Positions 19,028 through 25,991 of a stretch of DNA of 29,764 bases are shown here, piece by piece. The notes beneath the pieces are model-generated. The model was not told where the DNA came from. It ran no database searches and saw only the letters and a list, made by a program, of their open reading frames with translations. Position 1 is the first letter of the stretch; every line of letters begins with the position of its first letter. A program made the position numbers and the translations under genes. This stretch comes from a virus. Lineage: Duplodnaviria > Caudoviricetes. The stretch spans positions 1 through 29,764 of IMG/VR virus record IMGVR_UViG_3300030376_006729; one strand, given 5' to 3'.

Positions 19028-19546
19028 TTAAAGTTGATCATAAGCTAACCCTTGTCCACCGCGGACTTGGCTTTTTTGTTCATCCTTCATATCATTATAT
19101 GCACCTTTAAATGATTGTCTAATTTGATCAAATTTAGCTGCTGTATTAACTAATGAAGTTAAGTTTCCATCTCTACCATGTTCAATAGATGTAGTTTCCA
19201 TATATCTTGCCAATCTATCTAACATTGTTTTTATACCTTTATATGCTCTATATGTAGGTGTGTGATATAAATCTTCACAAAGTTTAATTGCATTTCTTAT
19301 AGATTCATCTTCAGTTGATTCTTCTAATCCTATTTCTTCTATAATCATATCTTCTTTTTCATGTTCAGGCATATTAAAAAAAGGATTCATATCTGGATCT
19401 GGACAAGTCATATAAAATATAAATAAATATACTGACATATATGTATCAGGATATTTATCCATAAGTCTTTTTAAGCTTTTTATAGAGTAACAATGTTCTG
19501 AAGGGATCACTTTACCATTTTGTACGTCAAATAATTTTACTAGCAT
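19028..19546 (-). CDS. Conserved helical protein upstream of terL; candidate terminase small subunit
   Basis: 172 aa, helical, with C-terminal VRGG. Sits between the PD-(D/E)XK nuclease and terL as in crAss-like genomes; function is an inference. Confidence 0.4.
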   Translation of the reverse strand: MLVKLFDVQNGKVIPSEHCYSIKSLKRLMDKYPDTYMSVYLFIFYMTCPDPDMNPFFNMPEHEKEDMIIEEIGLEESTEDESIRNAIKLCEDLYHTPTYRAYKGIKTMLDRLARYMETTSIEHGRDGNLTSLVNTAAKFDQIRQSFKGAYNDMKDEQKSQVRGGQGLAYDQL

Positions 19547-20397
19547 TGTGGGTTATCTTTTAACCACATTACTAGACTATCTATTTCATCTTTTAAATAT
19601 GGTAGGTTATACATCTTTATTTCTTTTATTATTGGTTCTCCTTGATCATTCTTTTTACCTATTGGATATCCAAACTCATTCTCACCTTCATTTTCAAAAG
19701 TTACATGTTGTATTTGTAACTTACCTATTTTAAGTTTAGGATTATGTTTTTTAATAATATATGCATATAAACTTAATTGAAGATTATAATGACTAAGATT
19801 ACAATCATCTAAAGCATTTACTGGTTTAAACATTTTAGACGTAATACCTTCCCAATTAGTAAATCCTTTTTCTTTAATTTCTTTATTTGTTTTATAATCA
19901 AGAATATTTATAGTACCATTTACTATACTTACTAAATCTGCTTGACCACAAACACTTAATGATTTTAAGTAAACAAAATGTTCAGGATATACACCATCAG
20001 AAAGTTTTTGATCTGGAGCCATTTTAATACCTTTAGCATCTACTATAGGTCTTATTATTGGAACAATAACACCATCTCTTTCAATACTTTTAAATTCACA
20101 AAGGTTTTCTTCTCTTTGATTATGGTACCAATTACCTAAATCCATAGCTCTTTTAGATTCATTATTCCAAGCATTTAAAATTTCTTTTGGTTTCATACCA
20201 TGCCATTTTGATCTTTTATTTTTAGATGATTTTTTAGCTTGTTTTTCTGCATTAAATTTAGGTTTAAACATACCTATAAATGATGTAACACTAGTCCATT
20301 TAATTTGATCTTTTTCAAGATGCTCATCTAAACTTTGATATATATGACCATCTTCTTTAAATATTACCGGCATCTCTTTTTGCTTTAGATTGTTCAT
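19540..20397 (-). CDS. PD-(D/E)XK family exonuclease
   Basis: SVTSFI, GNWYH, GQADLV...ILDYKTN and HYNLQLSLYAY motifs; the real start may be MPVIF at 20373. Confidence 0.85.
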   Translation of the reverse strand: MNNLKQKEMPVIFKEDGHIYQSLDEHLEKDQIKWTSVTSFIGMFKPKFNAEKQAKKSSKNKRSKWHGMKPKEILNAWNNESKRAMDLGNWYHNQREENLCEFKSIERDGVIVPIIRPIVDAKGIKMAPDQKLSDGVYPEHFVYLKSLSVCGQADLVSIVNGTINILDYKTNKEIKEKGFTNWEGITSKMFKPVNALDDCNLSHYNLQLSLYAYIIKKHNPKLKIGKLQIQHVTFENEGENEFGYPIGKKNDQGEPIIKEIKMYNLPYLKDEIDSLVMWLKDNPQC

Positions 20398-20776
20398 ATT
20401 TAAGCTTTTGTTCTTCTCTAAGCTTTTTTAATTTTTCTTGATGAGCTTGTTTAGCTTGATGTCCAAAATATATTTGTTTTTTTAATTTATCTTCCATTTC
20501 TGGAGTCATAATAGCGTCCCACCTTCCTTTTGGACAATCAGAAGACATAGATCTTATTTTTAAACTAATACTACAACCACAATCAGAACAACATGGTTGA
20601 GTCCCAGGAACAGCACAACTTTTACCTTTTTTATCTAAAAGTGGGCAAAGCTTACATTCCATCCATCTTAGTTTAGCAACAGCTTCTACATCATCATTTT
20701 TAAATATTTTATTTTTAATACCTTCAGCAATTTTATCTAAATTACCTAATGCACCTAAAAGTTTATTTATTCTCAT
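20357..20776 (-). CDS. Cys-rich putative zinc-binding protein
   Basis: RxxECKLCP...C...CCSDCGC...K.....CPKGRW pattern. Confidence 0.6.
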   Translation of the reverse strand: MRINKLLGALGNLDKIAEGIKNKIFKNDDVEAVAKLRWMECKLCPLLDKKGKSCAVPGTQPCCSDCGCSISLKIRSMSSDCPKGRWDAIMTPEMEDKLKKQIYFGHQAKQAHQEKLKKLREEQKLKYEQSKAKRDAGNI

Positions 20777-21122
20777 TTTTAAAACTTTTTTTATTTTTAA
20801 TATTAATTTCTATTTTATTTAATAAGTTTTCCATTTGTTTTATTTTTTCATTTACTGGTATTGATTTATCAAACCCATCAAATGTCATTTTTTGTAAATT
20901 ACCTAATATATCTTTTTGCCTTTTAATTGCTTTTTTTAATTTATTATGTCTAACTGAAAAAGTACCTAAATTAGGAACATTAATTTTTGTATGTTTTAAC
21001 TCAGATAAATTTTTTCTTAATTTAGCATAAAAGAAAAAAACAAAATCTGATACAAGATCCTTATGTACCTCAGCTTCTTCAGCAATATCTTGATAAAAAT
21101 TTTTATATTTTTTTGGATTCAA
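20763..21122 (-). CDS. HU/IHF-like DNA-binding protein
   Basis: Helix-helix N-terminus followed by KINVPNLGTFSVR, matching the HU 'V.l.gFGtF.v' motif. Confidence 0.6.
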   Translation of the reverse strand: MNPKKYKNFYQDIAEEAEVHKDLVSDFVFFFYAKLRKNLSELKHTKINVPNLGTFSVRHNKLKKAIKRQKDILGNLQKMTFDGFDKSIPVNEKIKQMENLLNKIEINIKNKKSFKNENK

Positions 21123-21474
21123 TTCCTAAAATTTTAAAATCTAAAAATAATGTTCCTTCAGTTTGAATATTCATAGCAGGATTAAGAGAAATTGTTTTTT
21201 TATTTTTTCCTTCTTTAATTATTAAACCTTTTTTTTCTGCTTTTGATAAAGCATTTCTACATGATTGTGAACTTTTAAATATTTTTAATTCAGATATTTT
21301 TTCACAAAATGCAGTTAATTCTATACCTTCCATTAATGATAAAGAATATAAACAATTTAAATCAGATAAACTTATCTGTATATTATTAAAAAAGCAGTAG
21401 GTAAGGATTTGGTATTGTATTACCTCACCCTTACTTACTTGTGCTTTTTTTTCTATTCTATTTACTATAGCCAT
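21103..21474 (-). CDS. Winged-helix DNA-binding protein
   Basis: SSQSCRNALSKAEKKGLIIKEG recognition helix and wing. Confidence 0.55.
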   Translation of the reverse strand: MAIVNRIEKKAQVSKGEVIQYQILTYCFFNNIQISLSDLNCLYSLSLMEGIELTAFCEKISELKIFKSSQSCRNALSKAEKKGLIIKEGKNKKTISLNPAMNIQTEGTLFLDFKILGIESKKI

Positions 21475-22082
21475 GTTTTTGGTATATCTTTACTTTCAAT
21501 TAGCGTATATGTAAAACTATTACTCCAAGTATCTCTAGCTTTTCTCATGATCTTCATAAATTCTTTCCAATCATCATTAGATGCAATAACTTGACAACCT
21601 GCTGACCATTTATCTACTTGTGTAGATTTTTTACCAGCATATTTAGTAGCTCTATGAATATTTATTCCAAATAAACCTGTTTGTGTATTTTCAGTATTAA
21701 GATTATATAGATCATCTCTATTATCATCTCTATATACTGTAACTGGTTTACATTGACCTAATGCTTCATATCTACCTTGATGTTTTCTAATTTTATGAGA
21801 TCCTGGATATTGCCCTTCTTTAAGAATTGCAACACCTTCTTCTCTCATAATATTTTCAACCCAATGTGTACCTGGATCAGTTGTACATGGAAATTCATGA
21901 TAGCACCATTCACCTTTATTTTTATATGATACAGTGATTAAATCATCAAATCTATTTGTAACCTTATTGGCAGTTTCAGAATTTCTTATTCCAACTATAT
22001 TTACATTATAATCTCCAGATTCAAAAAATCTATAACCTTTTGTTCCTAGAGATCTTTTTATATGCTCAATACTATACTTCAT
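21465..22082 (-). CDS. L,D-transpeptidase (YkuD)-fold protein; candidate endolysin
   Basis: GINIHRA...WSAGCQV matches the His...Ser-x-Gly-Cys catalytic motif; no signal peptide. Confidence 0.6.
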   Translation of the reverse strand: MKYSIEHIKRSLGTKGYRFFESGDYNVNIVGIRNSETANKVTNRFDDLITVSYKNKGEWCYHEFPCTTDPGTHWVENIMREEGVAILKEGQYPGSHKIRKHQGRYEALGQCKPVTVYRDDNRDDLYNLNTENTQTGLFGINIHRATKYAGKKSTQVDKWSAGCQVIASNDDWKEFMKIMRKARDTWSNSFTYTLIESKDIPKTWL

Positions 22083-22440
22083 TGTTTTGACGTTTTAGAG
22101 TTCTTTTAATTTGCTCTGCCGCTACCTTACCATCCATTTTAGTAGGATCTAATCTTACTTCATTAAAGTTTTTTTTCATCTCAGATTGTGCTTCTGGATT
22201 TTCATCAGCTTCTGGTGGAGGTGCCATTGTATTAGCAATAAACATTTGTGCTTGTAATCTCTCAGCACGTGTTTTTTCAATATCTCTTAATAATTGTTCA
22301 TATTTTAATTGAGTTTCTAAATGTGGAATATTACCTTCATAGTATTCAGTAATTTCTTTTCTTTTTTCACCCAACTGTTCTTTAGACATATTTTTAGAAT
22401 CTATAGTTTCTACAGATTCTTTAGTTGATTTTTTTGCCAT
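22072..22440 (-). CDS. Hypothetical coiled-coil protein
   Basis: ORF track starts at TTG 22470, which lies within a promoter-like element; ATG 22440 (MAKKSTK) is more likely. Confidence 0.6.
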   Translation of the reverse strand: MAKKSTKESVETIDSKNMSKEQLGEKRKEITEYYEGNIPHLETQLKYEQLLRDIEKTRAERLQAQMFIANTMAPPPEADENPEAQSEMKKNFNEVRLDPTKMDGKVAAEQIKRTLKRQNNEV

Positions 22441-22467
22441 TTTAATATATTTTAAATTAATAATAAA

Positions 22468-22475
22468 CAAATATA
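22468..22475 (-). promoter_or_regulatory. Bacteroidota sigma70-type -7 element TATATTTG
   Basis: Matches TAnnTTTG, 27 nt upstream of ATG 22440 in an intergenic gap; no clear -33 TTTG. Confidence 0.45.
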
Positions 22476-22514
22476 TATAAAAAGTTTAAATAAAAAAAGT
22501 TTAATGTATTTTTT

Positions 22515-23174
22515 TTAATGATAACCGTTTAATAACTCTAATAGGTCATCTATGGCCTTATGCCTATGTGAATCTTCTAATACTGTTTTATGTACATAGT
22601 TTGATTCAATTAATTTAGCCATATCATGATATGCAGAATGATTTTTATCTTTTAAATCTATTTGATATGAATCTCCACAAAATATCATTTTAGAGTCTTT
22701 ACCTAATCTACCTATAGCCATTGCTAACTGTGGTCTTGTTAAGTTTTGAAATTCATCTATTATAACTATTGAGTTATCAAATGTTCTACCTCTAAAGTGA
22801 GCTAATGATACAAGTTCTATCTTTTCTTCCTTTTCCATCTTTTCAAGTATTAACGGTTTATTGTAAATCTTACGCATATTAGATCTGATTGGAACTAACC
22901 ACGGTTCCATTTTTTCACGTTCAGATCCAGGTAAGAAACCATTATCTTCTGTAGATATAGTAGGTCTTGTAATTATAATCTTATTGTATTGTCTTTTAAA
23001 GAATTGATCTAATGATGTTTGTACTGCTAATAATGTTTTACCACTACCAGCCTTACCTACAATAAAATTAAAGGGATGTTTTAATATTTCCGTCTTAGCT
23101 TTTTTTTGTTCTTCAGAAAGACTAAGTGAAAATCTTATAGCTCCTTTAGGTGGAGTCTTATCTTTATTTGGCAT
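22515..23174 (-). CDS. phoH: PhoH-family ATPase
   Basis: GKAGSGKT, IIITRP, GFLPG, FRGRTF, IIDEFQN, RLG, GDSYQID and HRH motifs. Confidence 0.93.
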   Translation of the reverse strand: MPNKDKTPPKGAIRFSLSLSEEQKKAKTEILKHPFNFIVGKAGSGKTLLAVQTSLDQFFKRQYNKIIITRPTISTEDNGFLPGSEREKMEPWLVPIRSNMRKIYNKPLILEKMEKEEKIELVSLAHFRGRTFDNSIVIIDEFQNLTRPQLAMAIGRLGKDSKMIFCGDSYQIDLKDKNHSAYHDMAKLIESNYVHKTVLEDSHRHKAIDDLLELLNGYH

Positions 23175-23179
23175 ATATA

Positions 23180-23392
23180 TTATTTTTTTGCAAACTTCTC
23201 AATACCACTTATACCAAAGCAGCCAAGAACAACCCAAACAAATGAGTCATATACAAATTCATTTATAACAAGATCATAACCATACCAACCTGTTGCCAGA
23301 TCAGCCATCATTATAACACACATTATTACAAAGGCTACAAAGCCTATGATTGATTTTTCATTCCAATCATTATTGTCTTTAAATATTTTCAT
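23180..23392 (-). CDS. Small two-TM membrane protein, holin candidate
   Basis: 70 aa with two hydrophobic segments and a basic C-terminus (EKFAKK). Confidence 0.5.
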   Translation of the reverse strand: MKIFKDNNDWNEKSIIGFVAFVIMCVIMMADLATGWYGYDLVINEFVYDSFVWVVLGCFGISGIEKFAKK

Positions 23393-23535
23393 TATAATAC
23401 AGTATTAGGTCCCATTTCCATTCCATATGGACATCCACATCCTTGAACTTGTCCTCCTTTTTGATATTTTAATTTAGCTTTTTCTATTTTATCTTCTTTT
23501 TTTTTGGGAGACTTATGTTTTTTATTAATTTTCAT
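23392..23535 (-). CDS. 47-aa basic micro-protein (below ORF-track cutoff)
   Basis: MKINKKHKSPKKKEDKIEKAKLKYQKGGQVQGCGCPYGMEMGPNTVL; TAATG-coupled to the next gene. Confidence 0.6.
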   Translation of the reverse strand: MKINKKHKSPKKKEDKIEKAKLKYQKGGQVQGCGCPYGMEMGPNTVL

Positions 23536-23537
23536 AA

Positions 23538-23753
23538 TTATTTCTTTTTAGGTTTTTTCCAATTAATTCTTTTTGAACTAGTTTTTTTTCTAGATGCAGA
23601 TGTACATTGTGATTTAGTAGGTCTACAAGCAGGATATGGTCTTTTAGATGAGCCTTTTGCAGATTTTCTTCCACAAGGTTTGCCAGTTTTGCAATCTATC
23701 CAACCTTTACCTTTATTTCTACTAAACCATTTATGTAAGCTTTCTTTAGCCAT
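23538..23753 (-). CDS. 71-aa highly basic Cys-containing micro-protein
   Basis: SLHKWF...GWIDCKTGKPCGR...YPACRP, a motif I recognise from aquatic phage hypothetical proteins. Confidence 0.7.
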   Translation of the reverse strand: MAKESLHKWFSRNKGKGWIDCKTGKPCGRKSAKGSSKRPYPACRPTKSQCTSASRKKTSSKRINWKKPKKK

Positions 23754-23989
23754 TATTTTCCAACTTTCTTTTGAGCTATTTTATGAGAAGCTCCAAATGA
23801 TGATCCATTCTTCATAGCATTAACCATCATTGATATATGTTTTTTACTATGATGTTTAGAATGTTTTTGTAAAGTTTTTTGTTGTCTCATATTTAAAGAA
23901 CAAACATCAACACCTTTAACTTTACCTATGCATTTTTTTTCACCACCTTTATTATATTTTATTCCTTTTTCTTTTAATCTTTGAGGCAT
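23753..23989 (-). CDS. 78-aa basic His-rich micro-protein
   Basis: KYNKGG and KHSKHHSKKH...SHKIAQKKVGK; TAATG overlap with the next gene. Confidence 0.7.
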   Translation of the reverse strand: MPQRLKEKGIKYNKGGEKKCIGKVKGVDVCSLNMRQQKTLQKHSKHHSKKHISMMVNAMKNGSSFGASHKIAQKKVGK

Positions 23990-24014
23990 AATTTAAAATT
24001 TTAATTATTAATAT

Positions 24015-24182
24015 TTATTTTTTCTTTTTATTACCCCAGTTAGCAGCACCTACTTTTCTACATTTTACTAATGCACCAGATGCATAGGCTGAGGGCCACA
24101 CACTATATCTTGATTTTACTTTATTATAGCATGCGTCTTTTTTTGCACCACCTTTTTTATATGTTGTTTTTTTCTTTTTCAT
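24015..24182 (-). CDS. 55-aa highly basic micro-protein (below ORF-track cutoff)
   Basis: MKKKKTTYKKGGAKKDACYNKVKSRYSVWPSAYASGALVKCRKVGAANWGNKKKK (18 K/R, 1 acidic residue). Confidence 0.75.
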   Translation of the reverse strand: MKKKKTTYKKGGAKKDACYNKVKSRYSVWPSAYASGALVKCRKVGAANWGNKKKK

Positions 24183-24185
24183 AAC

Positions 24186-24446
24186 TTAACATTTCCAACG
24201 TCTTCTTGCTTTACAGATCCTTTTATCAGGAGTTTTACTACAACTTACATTGTGCATTCTCATTTGGCCAGCAGATCTTGCGCAATAAGACTTTTTACGT
24301 TTACCTCCTCCTGGCTGAGGAGCTTTTAATTTAGAGCCAGTTTTTTTATTAATCATCCTACGTCCTTTAGCCGTAAGACCACCAGCTTTACTTTTACACC
24401 CATTTTTAATTGAGCAATTTTTCATTGCCCCTTTTTTCTTACTCAT
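24186..24446 (-). CDS. 86-aa highly basic micro-protein
   Basis: GGLTAKGR...LKAP...RKKSYCAR...ARRRWKC, a motif I recognise from aquatic phages; ATGA overlap with the nuclease stop. Confidence 0.7.
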   Translation of the reverse strand: MSKKKGAMKNCSIKNGCKSKAGGLTAKGRRMINKKTGSKLKAPQPGGGKRKKSYCARSAGQMRMHNVSCSKTPDKRICKARRRWKC

Positions 24447-24832
24447 TTCTTTTTCTTTTTTCCGCCCCAGTATTCAACGGCATAGCCTTCTCTTACTAGA
24501 GTTTCATTTATGTTTATCCTCATGATTTGCGGTTCAGATGTAAGGTTATCATCAGTCTCCTTCTCAACAAATAGAGTACCTAGCACCCTACCATATTTCC
24601 CCACCTCATTACTTTCAAGGATAAACTCCCCACCTTCTAACATCTCTACCAGTCTAGCTTTAGACGCTAAACCACGTTCTTTTTCTTTTAGATCCCGAGT
24701 TCTTGATTCTGGAGTATCAATCCCTGCTAATCTTATTCTTTTATGAACTGATACATCAAATCCTAGATCAATGACAGCATCCACTGTATCACCATCTATG
24801 ATTCTATCTAATTTAGCTTTGTATACGTACAT
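24443..24832 (-). CDS. Staphylococcal nuclease (SNase/thermonuclease)-like protein
   Basis: IIDGDTVD, IRLAGIDTPE, GKYGRVLG and INETLVREGYA motifs. Confidence 0.9.
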   Translation of the reverse strand: MYVYKAKLDRIIDGDTVDAVIDLGFDVSVHKRIRLAGIDTPESRTRDLKEKERGLASKARLVEMLEGGEFILESNEVGKYGRVLGTLFVEKETDDNLTSEPQIMRININETLVREGYAVEYWGGKKKKK

Positions 24833-25127
24833 TTAAAATATCTCTTATTTCTGCACATTTCTCATACTCTTCTTCATCTTGAAAATAAAACATCATATTT
24901 TCAAGAGTTTTTATTTTTATTTCTTCTCCCGGCTCATGTGCACAGATAGCTTGCATTTTTATTGGATCTTCTTTTTTATCTTCCATTAAATCATCCAATG
25001 TTTTTCTCCCAGTAATAATTTTAAAAGAATTTCTAAAAGCTGTATCTACTATCATTTCTTCCATTTCTAATTTCTCTTGAAGTGTCATACCTTCAAATTC
25101 TTCTGGTTCATTGGGGTTTTCTTGCAT
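24813..25127 (-). CDS. Acidic hypothetical protein with UVR-like C-terminal hairpin
   Basis: FQDEEEYEKCAEIRD resembles the UvrB/UvrC motif (E.YE.AA..RD); first gene of the minus-strand block. Confidence 0.55.
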   Translation of the reverse strand: MQENPNEPEEFEGMTLQEKLEMEEMIVDTAFRNSFKIITGRKTLDDLMEDKKEDPIKMQAICAHEPGEEIKIKTLENMMFYFQDEEEYEKCAEIRDILNVRIQS

Positions 25128-25172
25128 AACTATTCTTATTAAATGATCCCTTTTTGTAAAGGATCCCTATAC

Positions 25173-25190
25173 TATAATATAATAAAAATT
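25173..25190 (-). promoter_or_regulatory. Putative late promoter at the head of the minus-strand block
   Basis: AATTTTTATTATATTATA, a variant of the repeated TTTTGTATATTATA motif, 45 nt upstream of ATG 25127. Confidence 0.5.
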
Positions 25191-25325
25191 TTTGGGGAAT
25201 GGAAATTTTGTATGTATGAAGTTGTTGGAACCTTGTAGTGATCAGCCCCCCGTCTTAATTTTGGCAGTGTGCCACCCCCCATGTAAATGGGGTAAATTAA
25301 TTTTAAATTTATAAAAAACAAGTTT

Positions 25326-25778
25326 ATGACAAATTCAAAAATTGAAATAGCTCCTAATGAATTAGGTGCTACAGTACGTGAATCCTCTAACAAGGACATT
25401 CACTATGTAAGATTAGTTCAATCATCTATCAAGATTGCAAATAACTTTCTAAAGAAAGTGACACTTTCGTGTCTGGTATTTGGCAAGCCTGATGAGCTTG
25501 AACAAACCTTTGGTTCTCTTAAGTTCTTACCAGGCAAGCTGGTCATCAAAGAATCATTAGATTCATCTGATGACAGAAACCTTAAGAGAGCTGGATCTGA
25601 TGATGCTCCTATATGTCTGTCCAATGGCCAGCCTATATATAGAACAATCATCTATGATCCAACATCTTCACTTGAGGATACTCTAATCCCACACACTAAC
25701 GTGGATGAGATCAGAGCATTCCACAATGGTGAAGAGTTTGTACCTGCTGATACTGAAGTATCTGAGGCACAAGCTTAG
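25326..25778 (+). CDS. SSB-like protein, paralogue A
   Basis: 150 aa, clearly alignable to 27787-28359 (YVRLVQ/YIRLQQ, LPGKLVIKE/LPGQLIIKE, PIYR, IPH.N.DEI); SSB function is inferred. Confidence 0.5.
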   Translation: MTNSKIEIAPNELGATVRESSNKDIHYVRLVQSSIKIANNFLKKVTLSCLVFGKPDELEQTFGSLKFLPGKLVIKESLDSSDDRNLKRAGSDDAPICLSNGQPIYRTIIYDPTSSLEDTLIPHTNVDEIRAFHNGEEFVPADTEVSEAQA

Positions 25779-25786
25779 TGTGCAAA

Positions 25787-25802
25787 GGGAGCTTCGGCTC
25801 CC
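25787..25802 (+). terminator. UUCG-tetraloop hairpin after SSB-like A (terminator or stability element)
   Basis: GGGAGC-TTCG-GCTCCC with only a weak U tail (ATTT). Confidence 0.55.
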
Positions 25803-25991
25803 ATTTACACAAGACTTGACCTATAATAGCTACTGTTACCCAACATAGACCAATAATTATTAGTTAAGCCAATTAATTGCACAATAAAAATTAATTGTGT
25901 GCATTAAATTGTGTGTGTTACATCATAATACCCACAAAATACCACTTGTTACCACTAATACAAGTGTTAATCACAATAATATATAATATAG

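Noticed and set aside
3779-24746. Short plus-strand ORFs from the track (3779, 5831, 7423, 9521, 12298, 18360, 18640, 19548, 20749, 21409, 23515, 24510)
   Set aside because: They are antisense shadows inside well-supported minus-strand genes, mostly with non-ATG starts and no recognisable motifs.
25172-25651. Minus-strand ORFs 25172-25399 and 25418-25651
   Set aside because: They overlap the SSB-like gene on the opposite strand, which is supported by a clear paralogue.
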